DNA from: a virus | Lineage: Duplodnaviria; Caudoviricetes | Length of the DNA: 64,000 nucleotides | Strand: one strand, 5' to 3' | IMG/VR virus record: IMGVR_UViG_3300006930_000009 | Location: 3,794 to 67,793 of that record | In this document: positions 29,152 through 39,151 of the stretch, one piece after another | Numbering within the stretch: the stretch's first letter is position 1 | Layout of the letters: the number at the start of each line of letters is the position of its first letter | Translations under genes and position numbers: made by a program | The notes under the pieces: generated by a model | Database searches by the model: none | Told to the model about the DNA's origin: nothing | Seen by the model: only the letters and a program-made list of their open reading frames with translations

Positions 29152-30462
29152 TTACACCTGTATGATCAGATCCATCTGGAATGTGTGAACATCTCCGGAA
29201 AGCTGTGCGGCGACCTTTACCCCACGAAGAATACGGTTTCCGCGATCTTCGGTGGAAATGGTATCAACGGTCGGCATCGTAATCGTATACGTGCTGATAG
29301 CCGCATCACGAAGCAGACGCTCCATTGCTGAACGCAGAGATACCCTTACCATGTCAAGACCGCTCTCAGTGAAAGGTATCTTTGCAGAGTTCAGACGGAG
29401 GGTAAGCATCGCATTGCGAAGCTGGCTGGATGAGTAGTACTCAGTACGCACGATATCGATGAACTTTGGCGAACCGCTGGCGGTTAACGAGTTGGATAAC
29501 CGATTGCTGGATGCCACGTTGATGATCACATTGATACCGGCAGTCTCAAGGGTGGCAATATCAGCGGCATCGAAATATGTCCCTACTGGAGTAAACACGG
29601 CTCTCCAGATCATTGAGTTCCATGGCCGGTTCAGGGCGAGAGCACCCAGTGCGACGGCACCAACGTCATCCTTCGGTATAGCAGCCTTATACTTACAAAT
29701 GACTGCCTTTGCAGCGCCCGGAATAGAGTCAGCATCGAATGTCACGACACCGGTAGCCTTATCGAGCGTGTAGTCAGTTGTAACGGTCTGGGATACTCCG
29801 CCTACGGTAATGACCGGGTCATTCGTAATCGGATAGTTAGGGATGTTGAATACGACCTTTGTGCCGTCACCGATGCCGATCTCCTGACCATTGGTAGTGA
29901 AATCAACCTCATTGGTGAAGGTAGGCTCGTTATGAGCAACGATAAATCCGTTTCGTGACTTGACATTGGTGCTGACGCAGGTAACGATATCGGTTGCCGT
30001 TTGGCCCGGAGCGTTTGTCATGGCAAATACCAGTTTGCAGGTATTGGCGATATCTACATATTCAGACACCAGCGGGTTGTTGACATAAATACCGGCGAAT
30101 ACAATGGTATCAATCGTGCCCTGAATTGCCAGTGGCTGGATGACCGCTTTTGCTGCTGCAATGTTATTTGATGTTGGCTTTCGGTCGGTCCCACAGGGTA
30201 TCCCCATGATATAAAACCGGGTAAGCCCCTGTGCCATAAGTGCCTGTGCAGCCCGTGCTACCGGAGAGATGCCAAGAAGCTTGTTTGTTGAGTCGTATTT
30301 GCAATGGTCAGCATAAACCTTTTCGAGAGTTGTGTACAGTTTGGGTTTATACTCCGTTGACTCAGACAGACCAAGGATCAGTGGGACTCCCCATGAAGTC
30401 TGGGATGCAACCATGGTCTCATCGACCACATTAATGAGTACTGATTCTGCTACGTCTGGAAT
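29152..30462 (-). CDS. Tail sheath protein (DUF3383-like) with inserted Ig-like domain
   Basis: FIDIVR...L.......KIPFTESG...GNRIL.GV...A.LSG.VH C-terminus; frame open upstream of track start 30429 to ATT at 30462 (PDVAESVLINVVDET). Confidence 0.85.
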   Translation of the reverse strand: MPDVAESVLINVVDETMVASQTSWGVPLILGLSESTEYKPKLYTTLEKVYADHCKYDSTNKLLGISPVARAAQALMAQGLTRFYIMGIPCGTDRKPTSNNIAAAKAVIQPLAIQGTIDTIVFAGIYVNNPLVSEYVDIANTCKLVFAMTNAPGQTATDIVTCVSTNVKSRNGFIVAHNEPTFTNEVDFTTNGQEIGIGDGTKVVFNIPNYPITNDPVITVGGVSQTVTTDYTLDKATGVVTFDADSIPGAAKAVICKYKAAIPKDDVGAVALGALALNRPWNSMIWRAVFTPVGTYFDAADIATLETAGINVIINVASSNRLSNSLTASGSPKFIDIVRTEYYSSSQLRNAMLTLRLNSAKIPFTESGLDMVRVSLRSAMERLLRDAAISTYTITMPTVDTISTEDRGNRILRGVKVAAQLSGDVHTFQMDLIIQV

Positions 30463-30510
30463 AACGCATCACCTGAGTAATCAGGCGATAGAAAAGTATA
30501 TAAATAAGTG

Positions 30511-31113
30511 TCAATATTGCGGGGTATTCCGCAAATCAACATAAAAGGTTTTGGGATCGGATTTCCAGTCCCCTTCCACGAATTCTACATCTCCGACAAC
30601 TTCAGCGATAGTCGGTAAAACCTGCCATATGGCAAACGGATACCGGATCGTGATATCAAACTGCTTGCGAAGAAGCCCGTCCTCTAAATGAGTAAGATCG
30701 GTTATCGGAGAGAGTTGCATCACTTCGGTGATATCACGGAGCGTATGATGACTCCATAAACTCATCTTTCGCATGACCGATTCCAACAACCCTACCGCAT
30801 TATACATATCAGACTGTGCCACATGTACATTTATCGACATCTGACATGTGTATCGCTGACCGACCAGATTTTCAACATATCGCTCATCTGTCCCGGCATC
30901 AGACCGGAGCATCATATTTACCGGGGAATGGTGTCCTCCGGCGTTTTGATCGCCAAAATAAGATATCGTAATAGCGACATCAGCCGATGAGAGCATGTCT
31001 CGAACTGAAGATAAATGAGCATAATCCGTGACTATTGTATAGGTTTTCCCAGAAAAAGATATAGAAGTAGGGATGGATTTGAATACATCTACCTCTAGGT
31101 TTGGCGGTCTCAT
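30511..31113 (-). CDS. Neck / tail terminator protein
   Basis: 200 aa ending RKQFDITIRY, directly upstream of sheath. Confidence 0.6.
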   Translation of the reverse strand: MRPPNLEVDVFKSIPTSISFSGKTYTIVTDYAHLSSVRDMLSSADVAITISYFGDQNAGGHHSPVNMMLRSDAGTDERYVENLVGQRYTCQMSINVHVAQSDMYNAVGLLESVMRKMSLWSHHTLRDITEVMQLSPITDLTHLEDGLLRKQFDITIRYPFAIWQVLPTIAEVVGDVEFVEGDWKSDPKTFYVDLRNTPQY

Positions 31114-31397
31114 CGTTTCATCCGGATGATCCCCATAAAGGTATCCATGAGGGCGGCGGTGGATTCGATGAATGACCGGGCCTCACTCACAATACGGGCA
31201 ACCTCTTCTTTTGATATCTCACATCCGGCTTCCCCTGTGGGATCTACGGCATCGTCGATTGCATCAATGGTATCCCGGAATTCTGCAATACAAGAAAGCA
31301 AAAGCTTCCTCAGGTTGCCAAACAAAATACCAAATATGACAGTCCATATGATCGATGCGACGAACCATATCTGATACGGATCCTGAAAATCAATCAT
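31110..31397 (-). CDS. Small membrane protein, possible holin-like
   Basis: One N-terminal hydrophobic helix (IWFVASIIWTVIFGILFG) followed by a charged domain. Confidence 0.45.
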   Translation of the reverse strand: MIDFQDPYQIWFVASIIWTVIFGILFGNLRKLLLSCIAEFRDTIDAIDDAVDPTGEAGCEISKEEVARIVSEARSFIESTAALMDTFMGIIRMKR

Positions 31398-31405
31398 ACT
31401 ATATA

Positions 31406-31870
31406 CTACTCCGATTTTCCATTTATATCAGCGTCAGGTTTGATCATCCGGATGATATACTCTTTTTCCCGGGGGATGATGGTTCGAAACAACGGACGTT
31501 CGGGAATAGATTCTGTACCATACTCAAGCCATAAGGCGATCTTTGCCCGTTCAGGACAGTTAAACACGCCTACCAGTAATGTAACTTCCCCATTCTTTCC
31601 TTCAATGACCCGGTAATCCAATGAGTCGCGAAGCAGACCAGTTTCATGCCATGCAAGCCCGTCCCCGCCGGAAGGAGACCAATCTAAAAAAGAGAGAGAA
31701 TGCTGATTATCAATGGTGTGTTTTAACTGAGTGACAAGATGTTTTCCGATTGCATGGTAATCCGGTTTAAACGTCTTGATTTTTTGCAACTTCCGTTTTA
31801 AGTTGGATAGATCCGCCTTCACTTGGATCATTATCAAATAACTCCAGTATCCGTTTCTGACAGTCTTCAC
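31406..31870 (-). CDS. Virion morphogenesis / tail completion protein (Mu gpG / HK97 gp10-like)
   Basis: L.ETG.LRDS+.Y...A...EYGT..IP.RP.F motif; likely true start 31831. Confidence 0.75.
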   Translation of the reverse strand: MKTVRNGYWSYLIMIQVKADLSNLKRKLQKIKTFKPDYHAIGKHLVTQLKHTIDNQHSLSFLDWSPSGGDGLAWHETGLLRDSLDYRVIEGKNGEVTLLVGVFNCPERAKIALWLEYGTESIPERPLFRTIIPREKEYIIRMIKPDADINGKSE

Positions 31871-32123
31871 AACAGGCGACGAAGATGATCTTCTGATATT
31901 TCTTTGGGAATGAGATGAGTTGATCCCGCTTCTGCCGTACCGTCAATTTAATCAGGTTATTACATTCCGGGTTGAAACAGGGAATATGAGTAATCTGATC
32001 ATCAATAGATGGCTGGTTGGCATACTCATCCAGTGCCTGTATTACATCAGGAGTGACGATCTCAGTGCGATTCTCTCCATCGGCAAGATAGTATTTGCCA
32101 CCTTTTTTACTGATATGTTTCAT
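31767..32123 (-). CDS. Hypothetical protein, possible Zn finger
   Basis: CFNPEC...CCEDC cysteines; operon context. Confidence 0.55.
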   Translation of the reverse strand: MKHISKKGGKYYLADGENRTEIVTPDVIQALDEYANQPSIDDQITHIPCFNPECNNLIKLTVRQKRDQLISFPKKYQKIIFVACCEDCQKRILELFDNDPSEGGSIQLKTEVAKNQDV

Positions 32124-32353
32124 GACACCACCAGACGTAAGGGATCAATGGTTAATTTCCGTTTCAAATACACAATCTCATTCATATATTCTTCGCCTTC
32201 CACTTCACCGGTTTTTAGTTTCATGACGACTCCGTATAACAGGATCTTTTCCCGCTCGATTTTACAGGTGGATCGCTCTTCGCAGTTAATCGTGCATATG
32301 CCCTGATGAGGACATATGTAATAGATTACTTCTTCTTCCAACTCGGTTGCCAT
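32120..32353 (-). CDS. Small Cys-containing hypothetical protein
   Basis: CPHQGICTINC....C; ATGA-type coupling with the next gene. Confidence 0.5.
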   Translation of the reverse strand: MATELEEEVIYYICPHQGICTINCEERSTCKIEREKILLYGVVMKLKTGEVEGEEYMNEIVYLKRKLTIDPLRLVVS

Positions 32354-32850
32354 ACGGGTTTCATCACCTCAGGTTCTGTGGATTTGGGATCGATATCGAC
32401 AACCGGTTTGGATGTATCGATACATACTCCGGTAGTTGCTGATGTTTTCTGTTCGTCAGTCACCATTGATGGCGGTGGGGTACCAGCGTTCTGCTGTAAT
32501 CTGACTAAATGATACGTATATCGTACAACACCGAGTTTTGCCCAATATGGGAGTTTTTGAGGACGGGCATGCACTTCCCAATGAGACTGCTCCCCATCCA
32601 GTTCCTCGATGATGACCCGATCACGGGGAGACATACTGGTCTCGGTATACAGGCGACGATCCCCGACATTGTAAATTGCCTGTGGGGTACGGGAGATCAT
32701 CTCAAATGTCACATCTTCCCAATGTCCTTTAATCGGTTCCGTCTCGATAATCTCCGGGACGAATATCCCGTTTGCGGTATGAGCGTGTTCCAACACGGTG
32801 ACTTTAAATATCCCGTGCTGGTAATCCATTACTTCAAGACACGTTTTCAT
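32326..32850 (-). CDS. Head closure / stopper protein
   Basis: G.Y..GDRRLYT.......DRV...GE..WEV motif; follows connector gene. Confidence 0.65.
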   Translation of the reverse strand: MKTCLEVMDYQHGIFKVTVLEHAHTANGIFVPEIIETEPIKGHWEDVTFEMISRTPQAIYNVGDRRLYTETSMSPRDRVIIEELDGEQSHWEVHARPQKLPYWAKLGVVRYTYHLVRLQQNAGTPPPSMVTDEQKTSATTGVCIDTSKPVVDIDPKSTEPEVMKPVWQPSWKKK

Positions 32851-32852
32851 GA

Positions 32853-33347
32853 TCAGTAATTGTCATACATGACAAACATCGGGGCTTCCAATTTGAAGAG
32901 CTCGCTCTCGATCTGTTTATTCAAAATCTCCAGTGCCTGTTCGTAACTTCCTCCCCATTGGATAGATAACCCTCCTTCTGATACTCCGGTAGGATTTCGA
33001 TTCGGGTTTGGTACTAACATCTGAGAGATCAGATCCGCTGTTGCCATCATTCGCTGGATCTTCTTTCCAGTTGGATCATCGATATTGATGACATAGGCAT
33101 TACTCAGCCAGTAATCCGCCCAACTTGTAGAGGAATACACAATTCCTCCGGTGGTTGCCGGCATGAGGATAGATGGATCATTACTCGGGTACAACGTAAG
33201 ACAGGATCCCTGACCCTGATACCGTTTAAAAAGGAAATCTGCAGCGGCATCAAGAGCATCCTGTATAACCTCATCAGGGAATGTGTACGGAGGGGTAGAA
33301 TCCCCTACGGCAAACCGGACCGATGCAATTGATGCAGCCACGATCAC
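32853..33347 (-). CDS. Head-tail connector (adaptor) protein
   Basis: VR..+GD...PYTFPDE.IQ..LD and SEGGLSI.W motifs. Confidence 0.7.
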   Translation of the reverse strand: MIVAASIASVRFAVGDSTPPYTFPDEVIQDALDAAADFLFKRYQGQGSCLTLYPSNDPSILMPATTGGIVYSSTSWADYWLSNAYVINIDDPTGKKIQRMMATADLISQMLVPNPNRNPTGVSEGGLSIQWGGSYEQALEILNKQIESELFKLEAPMFVMYDNY

Positions 33348-33739
33348 TCACTCTTTTTTGTGACGGGTTTCTTCCGGGCAGGTGCCGTCTTTGGCGTAGA
33401 TGCTACAGCCTTCTTCACTTCGGATGCGATCTGAGATGAGATCATATCCACAACCGGAGTTGCAACAGCCCCTTCCTCTACCGGGAAATCGTCTTCCGTG
33501 ACGTTGGTAGTGAGCGGGTCAGGCCAGTCTTTCAGGGACTCTTCCTTCTTTGCAGGAGGGGTCTTATCCCGGTTAACGGAACCAAGAATGATAATATTGC
33601 CTCGTTTGATGGAGCTCTTCAGACCGGTGCTCCATTTCTCCCGATCTCCCTCAATGACAAACGTATTTCCTTTGGTGTAGGTGTTACCGTTAAATACAAA
33701 ACGGGCCGCACGAACTTCCACCTCAAGTTGGTCTTCCAT
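33344..33739 (-). CDS. Small head-completion-associated protein with low-complexity tail
   Basis: First gene of head-tail operon; TATA 33763-33770 lies 24 nt upstream; Lys/Pro-rich C-terminus. Confidence 0.6.
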   Translation of the reverse strand: MEDQLEVEVRAARFVFNGNTYTKGNTFVIEGDREKWSTGLKSSIKRGNIIILGSVNRDKTPPAKKEESLKDWPDPLTTNVTEDDFPVEEGAVATPVVDMISSQIASEVKKAVASTPKTAPARKKPVTKKSE

Positions 33740-33850
33740 ATTTAAACGTTTTCATTAAAGAGTATATAAATCTTTCTATTAATACGATTGTTTTTTATAG
33801 TTTCATAGCAAATAACATCCTACGTGTGAATAACACGGGAGAAGTTCACC

Positions 33851-34288
33851 ATGGTAAATTTTGAAGTCAAGGGTATCGGTCTCACAACTGAGATCGCCCG
33901 CACAAAACCTCAGGACCGCGTCGTTGTTGCAACTGCCGAACTGTCCGGAAAGACCGCGGGGAAGCTCTTCGTCGGTATCGATGATATTGATCCAAGCACA
34001 CCAAACGCATTCGGACTATTCTTCAATGGGAAACAAGTCGATGTGAATGATAATGAAACCTACATGCAGACCAACACTGCCAAAGAGCCGAAGTCAGGGT
34101 GGAAGACCTACGCGTTCGATGTCCCAATGAGATACCTGACTAACGATCCGAAACCGGCAACATACACCATCCAGTTCCTTCTCGGCACCCTCAAAGATGA
34201 GGTTTTCACACTGGAGTCCACAAGCAAAGTATATATTCTTGAAGTCCCTCAGGATGAGATCCGCACCGGGGAAGTCACTCCTGAATAA
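33851..34288 (+). CDS. Hypothetical beta-sandwich (Ig-like?) protein
   Basis: 145-aa ORF divergent from head-tail operon; alternating beta-strand pattern. Confidence 0.6.
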   Translation: MVNFEVKGIGLTTEIARTKPQDRVVVATAELSGKTAGKLFVGIDDIDPSTPNAFGLFFNGKQVDVNDNETYMQTNTAKEPKSGWKTYAFDVPMRYLTNDPKPATYTIQFLLGTLKDEVFTLESTSKVYILEVPQDEIRTGEVTPE

Positions 34289-34293
34289 CCCTA

Positions 34294-34316
34294 TTTTTAA
34301 CCAGTTTATATAAGTT
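34294..34316 (+). promoter_or_regulatory. Extended promoter TTTTTAACCAGTTTATATAAGTT of PAS gene
   Basis: TATA 26 nt upstream of ATG 34338; 19 nt identical to 44856-44838 on the minus strand. Confidence 0.7.
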
Positions 34317-34337
34317 CTTATCGCCATTTCATAATTC

Positions 34338-35627
34338 ATGGATTTGGCAGAGCTGAGACAATACTCCGAACTCCTCATACAGGAAGATGAGCGGATACGG
34401 TCCAGTGAACAGAACCTCATCACGCTATTTCAAAATATTACTGATTTCATCTTTATCATCGATGCGGTCACTCATACCGTCATTGATGTAAATAAATCCG
34501 TATTAGATACATTTGGGTATACGATTGATGAAATCAAAGGAAAGCATATCTATGATCTCCATCCGGATCGATCGCAGGAAGACATTGATATGTGTTTTAT
34601 GGATGACGCCTGTTCCTGTGAAGTACCGTTTGTAACGAAAGAGGGAAAGGAGATCCCGTCGGTAACCAAGATCACGAAGTTTATCTGGGATGATAACGAC
34701 GCGTACGTATGCATTGCCCGGGATATGACGGAGCGGTTTGCCTATGAAGCAGAACTCAATACCCGGAATATGGAACTTGAAGTGGCTCTTGAAGAGTTAC
34801 GGAATACCGAAGATGAGTTAAAGTCGCAGATTAACAACATCACCTATCAGAATTCCTTAATCCGGGCAATGTGTGACAATGTCCCAGATATGATATGGGC
34901 AAAGGACGTAAATAATAACTATATTTTCGCCAATCAGGCAATTGCAGCAAACCTTTTAAATGCCACATCCACGTCAGAGCCCTTAGGGAAAGACGATCTG
35001 TATTTTGCCGAACGGGAACGGTTACTCCATCCAAACGATCCAAACTGGCATACATTTGGAGAGATTTGTAAAAATAGCGATGAGATCGTTCTCCGGGAGA
35101 AGAAGACCCGGAGATTTCAAGAGTTTGGAAATGTTAAAGGGAAGTTTGTATGGCTTGATGTCTACAAATCTCCGTTCTTTTTTGGATCTGAACTTATCGG
35201 AGTGGTTGGATCAGGGAGGGATGTTACTGAGGAACAATCATTAACTAATGCGATGATAAGTCAGAAGAACTTCCTTGAAGCGTTACTGGAAAATCTCCCC
35301 TTACCCATATTTTACAAGGATATGGACGGGAAGTTCATCGATGCAAATGGGGAGTTTTGCAATTTCTACGGAGCATCACTCTCCTACATTATCGGGAAAA
35401 CTACGCAGGATCTCTTCCCGGAGGATGCAAAATATCTTAATGAGAAAGAAGAAGAGTTGAAGAAAACCGGGCGGGTAAAGTTTTATTACGATGCCTATGA
35501 CAAGCACATGGTAAAGCATCGGATTATCATCATTAAAACCTTGCACCATGATGCGAATGGGAAAGCAATCGGGATCATTGGATGTGGCATTGGAATTGCC
35601 CATACCGCTCTTATGGAAGGATTATGA
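34338..35627 (+). CDS. Three-PAS/PAC sensor protein without output domain
   Basis: PAS signatures: DFIFIID...VN....FGY..DEI.GK; PDMIWAKD...Y.FAN...WHTFGEICKNSD...GRDVTE; PLPIFYKDMDGKFIDAN. Coiled coil ELEVALEELRNTEDEL. No HisKA/HATPase/REC. Confidence 0.9.
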   Translation: MDLAELRQYSELLIQEDERIRSSEQNLITLFQNITDFIFIIDAVTHTVIDVNKSVLDTFGYTIDEIKGKHIYDLHPDRSQEDIDMCFMDDACSCEVPFVTKEGKEIPSVTKITKFIWDDNDAYVCIARDMTERFAYEAELNTRNMELEVALEELRNTEDELKSQINNITYQNSLIRAMCDNVPDMIWAKDVNNNYIFANQAIAANLLNATSTSEPLGKDDLYFAERERLLHPNDPNWHTFGEICKNSDEIVLREKKTRRFQEFGNVKGKFVWLDVYKSPFFFGSELIGVVGSGRDVTEEQSLTNAMISQKNFLEALLENLPLPIFYKDMDGKFIDANGEFCNFYGASLSYIIGKTTQDLFPEDAKYLNEKEEELKKTGRVKFYYDAYDKHMVKHRIIIIKTLHHDANGKAIGIIGCGIGIAHTALMEGL

Positions 35628-36070
35628 CCGATTTAAACCGGCCGATAGGTGCAGATGCACTAGGGATCACTCTGAAAGATGTACTAAACATGTACCTCAG
35701 AGAAGTGGAAACGCTACAGAAAACAATGATCCGACTAGAGCGGAGAATTGAGAGGGATATCGATCGAATCGATACCGATATCCGGCAATATGGTGTCACC
35801 ACTAGAGAAGACATCAATTTACTCCGGGACGAAGTCGCTGCCATGAGAGACCATATGTCATCCCTTGAGCTCAATGTCAGTGAATTAAATAATACCCTGT
35901 CCACCATGATATCTGATGCAGAGAGCCGGAGAAAAGATGCAGATCATGAACATGCATTACAGATACGAGAATTGCAGTTAAAATCCGGAGTGATTGGAGG
36001 CGGAGCAGGTGGGCTTATCGCCACATGTCTCCCTCAAATCATCGAACTGGTTCAGCAGATCATTAACTGA
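35624..36070 (+). CDS. Coiled-coil protein with C-terminal Gly-rich hydrophobic segment (XhlA/holin-like)
   Basis: ATG 35624 overlaps PAS stop (ATGA); heptad repeats then GVIGGGAGGLIATCLPQIIELV. Confidence 0.65.
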   Translation: MTDLNRPIGADALGITLKDVLNMYLREVETLQKTMIRLERRIERDIDRIDTDIRQYGVTTREDINLLRDEVAAMRDHMSSLELNVSELNNTLSTMISDAESRRKDADHEHALQIRELQLKSGVIGGGAGGLIATCLPQIIELVQQIIN

Positions 36071-36275
36071 CCGTATACCCGAGAGAGATCATCTTTTCTT
36101 TTACCCTCTCCATCAAATCCGCATCAATGTCATCAGGAATGGGATCCCACTCTCCATCGGAGTGTTTGAATAATGCGGTATATAACCTGAGTTGTGTTCT
36201 GGTAATCTCGTCTTTACATACCCATCCTACCCGGGGATCATATACCGCAAGATCCCCATCGATATACATCTTCAT
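36063..36275 (-). CDS. Small hypothetical protein coupled to the metallopeptidase gene (possible immunity/partner)
   Basis: 70 aa, ATGA overlap with the 36272..37405 stop. Confidence 0.65.
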   Translation of the reverse strand: MKMYIDGDLAVYDPRVGWVCKDEITRTQLRLYTALFKHSDGEWDPIPDDIDADLMERVKEKMISLGYTVS

Positions 36276-37405
36276 TGCTTCGCCTCTTTTAATACATTAA
36301 CGATGAAATTAAAATAATCCGGATCTTTCTGATAGAAATGAATCGGATCCTGATAGAGGTATTGAATACCCATTGACAATATCTCTCCGGGTCTATCTTT
36401 ATATAACTTTCCACAATAGGGATTGGGGAAATTATCCGGTTTACATATCTCCGTATCGTTATAATTCTTTCCGGTAGCCTCCTTTAATGGGACAACGGGT
36501 GAATCTCCTGTCCGTTTTGCAAAAAACTCATTGCACCGGTTCTGGATATTTCCGGATTTCTCCAGTATGTGAGCCATCTCATGAACAAATGCTCTCCGGA
36601 AAGCTGAGTATTTCGCCGTCCAGCTGAACGATAAGCAGATGAAATTGTTATTATCACCCATCTCAGATTTAAATGATCGGTTCCCGGCAAGCGGATAGAT
36701 ATATGTAGGGCCTGTGGAAGGAATACCTTTGGTGATCTCCGCAAACCACTCTTTCGCTGGTTCAATATGTTCGTATAAATGTTGGGCAGCGAGATTATTA
36801 TGAAAGCTTTGTAACGGCACATCCGGATGATACTTCCGTATTTCAGACGTATCTGGTGGGATAGTTGTCGTATCCATGATATATGACGGCTGGTTCTCTT
36901 TCCCTTTATTGATATACCCGGCGAGAGCCTGATAAATTGGCTGCATCGCTTCCATCATCTGGGTCTCATATTTATTGATCTCCGGATCAACCTTCCAATC
37001 GATATATCGGAGAATTTCTTCAATCTCCTTTCTGACTTTATTTCGATCTTTCACATTACCTTTGATCTTTTTTAATTCAGTTAGTTGATCAGATAATACA
37101 TTTGCTCTCGTATACATCTCCTTCCGCTTATCCACATGGACCTGTAATTGACTGGTTATTGAGGTATATTGTTCCATATGGGGTTGAAATATGGTATTGA
37201 CATCGACTGTTTCCGGTTTAGCAACCGTTGCAAATTGATCTAATGGCTTATTCGGATTTGTGCGTTGGATTTCGTCAGTTTCATAATATTTCGCTCCTCT
37301 GGTAGTGGTTTTCACCTGAGCGTTTTTCGGCACCTTATCCGGATGTGCCGTGACATATACCCGGTATAAATCACATAATATTCTTTTACGGATGGGAGAA
37401 AACAT
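36272..37405 (-). CDS. N-terminally tagged protein with C-terminal zincin-like metallopeptidase
   Basis: HEMAH at 36583-36569, third-ligand segment EILSMG; YCGKLY and DPDYF motifs like phage MuF-associated peptidases; shared N-terminal tag. Confidence 0.8.
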   Translation of the reverse strand: MFSPIRKRILCDLYRVYVTAHPDKVPKNAQVKTTTRGAKYYETDEIQRTNPNKPLDQFATVAKPETVDVNTIFQPHMEQYTSITSQLQVHVDKRKEMYTRANVLSDQLTELKKIKGNVKDRNKVRKEIEEILRYIDWKVDPEINKYETQMMEAMQPIYQALAGYINKGKENQPSYIMDTTTIPPDTSEIRKYHPDVPLQSFHNNLAAQHLYEHIEPAKEWFAEITKGIPSTGPTYIYPLAGNRSFKSEMGDNNNFICLSFSWTAKYSAFRRAFVHEMAHILEKSGNIQNRCNEFFAKRTGDSPVVPLKEATGKNYNDTEICKPDNFPNPYCGKLYKDRPGEILSMGIQYLYQDPIHFYQKDPDYFNFIVNVLKEAKQ

Positions 37406-37482
37406 ACTATAGGGTCAATAACATGAGATAAAAACAGTAGTCAGTCGATAGGTTTTTATTTTCCGATTGCAAATAATTTATT

Positions 37483-38331
37483 GTGACAGTCATTGATAAC
37501 ATTCTGAATGCATTACAGCAACAGAATATGACGTCTGAGGAGATTCACACTCAGATTGGCGGAAAGCGTACTACGGTAAAAACCGAACTATCCAAGATGC
37601 GGCGAATGGGTCTGGTAAGTCAAACAGATACTCACTATACCATTACAAAATTAGGCTTATTACAGGCATTGAAAGCAAGTAAAGACGTATCCGTGCGGAG
37701 TTACAATCTTGGTATTGCGTCCAGAGATAACCTCTATAAACAACTTCCCAATCGGCAGATCTTCACCACCGCCGATATCTATCGGGATGTGTTGAGGACG
37801 GAAAAGACCGAGGCACTGAAATCTCAGGTAAAGTATTCACTCCAGCACCTACTGAAGGAGCGGAAGATTAAACGCGTGTCCCCGATCGATCAACCCACGG
37901 CTAAACTGGTACAATATGTGAAGGGTGTTGAAGAGGATGAATGGATATGCTCTGTATGCCAGCAGATTCTTCCGGCAAACTATTTCGATGTGATAAACTA
38001 TGGAATGCCGGGTGCGAAATGCCATGCATGTCGTACAGATGCCGAATTTGTACATGCGGAACCGGTTTCGGTAATGGATTTCATTACCGCTACCGATATT
38101 GAGGATCCGGGACTGCATGCAATGGAAGCCGTGCAGATGGCAATGGAACAGGTGTCTAATGGATCCCTGAAATTCATCGAAGAACAGGTAGGGATGATAT
38201 CCAAGTCACTCGGGAAGATTCACTGGATGGGTGAGCATATCGCCAGTATCGATAAGTCCATGCAGGAGATGGTGAAGATTAATAAAGCCACCCATGACCT
38301 GTTTGTGCAACTTGCAACCAAAAAACAATAA
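37483..38331 (+). CDS. Transcription regulator: two winged-HTH-like domains, Zn finger, coiled coil
   Basis: MTSEEI...GGKRTTVKTELSKMRRMGLV...Y.ITKLG; CSVC...CHAC. Confidence 0.7.
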   Translation: MTVIDNILNALQQQNMTSEEIHTQIGGKRTTVKTELSKMRRMGLVSQTDTHYTITKLGLLQALKASKDVSVRSYNLGIASRDNLYKQLPNRQIFTTADIYRDVLRTEKTEALKSQVKYSLQHLLKERKIKRVSPIDQPTAKLVQYVKGVEEDEWICSVCQQILPANYFDVINYGMPGAKCHACRTDAEFVHAEPVSVMDFITATDIEDPGLHAMEAVQMAMEQVSNGSLKFIEEQVGMISKSLGKIHWMGEHIASIDKSMQEMVKINKATHDLFVQLATKKQ

Positions 38332-38443
38332 CTTCTATTTTAGTTTAATTTTATCATTTAACACCGAACTACATATTTAATACTATTCTATATTAAATTT
38401 GTAATACAAACCTATATACGCTAGTATTGGAAAATGATAATGT

Positions 38444-39124
38444 ATGCGAGCATATCTCATTCCTGATGGGTTAAACCTGCCTATCAAGCAACCGGTAAAT
38501 TGGGATATTACCTCATGGGCGTATAATGACGCTCCATTGATTGATGGGGGAATCTTTTGCCGGGGATGTTTCATCAAAGTGATTGACCGGACCTGCACCA
38601 CTGAACACCAGCAAAAGACCATCGATGCGTTTGTCAAGGAATATGGGAGAGAACCTACCGATATCGAACGAATGTTCCTGCTTCGGATCACCATGCTTGA
38701 GACGGCAGTGAAATGTCTGAATGAGGATATGGTAAATACTACCGACCAGTGGGTGTCCCGGGATGATGAAGGGAAATTGAGAGTGACTGATTGGACTGAT
38801 GCAAAGGTACCGGATGAACGGATCAAAGACTACTCGCTGAAAGAATTCAATCCAAATACCTGTTTCTCGATTGCATCGGCTGCAGCACGGGGAGCCCGGA
38901 GTTCCAATATCATCTGTATCAATAAAGATTTACAGGATCGGGTAACGTATGAGATTGAATCCATGCTGAATGGAAAGTCATCATCTGATGGTCTGTGGTA
39001 TATCAAAACATCAGCCATTGAATGGATCAAAACAAAGATCCCGGAGACTGATACGGATGTGTTTGTCATCAAAGGATCAGATACTACCTGCAAAATCACG
39101 GTCAGCAAAAGACCGGAATCTTAA
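38444..39124 (-). CDS. Hypothetical protein
   Basis: 226-aa ORF with CRGC. Confidence 0.6.
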
Positions 39125-39151
39125 TATTTTCTCACATCCTATTTTATTGCC

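Noticed and set aside
6098-31374. Numerous + strand ORFs (e.g. 13405..13875, 17591..18109, 21409..21930, 26697..27146, 27961..28263)
   Set aside because: Antisense to well-supported structural genes, no promoter or RBS, no protein-like motifs
31767-32123. KGGKYY at the N-terminus as a fourth tag-family member
   Set aside because: Lacks the DL, K[VI]YL, P.G and V.TG elements
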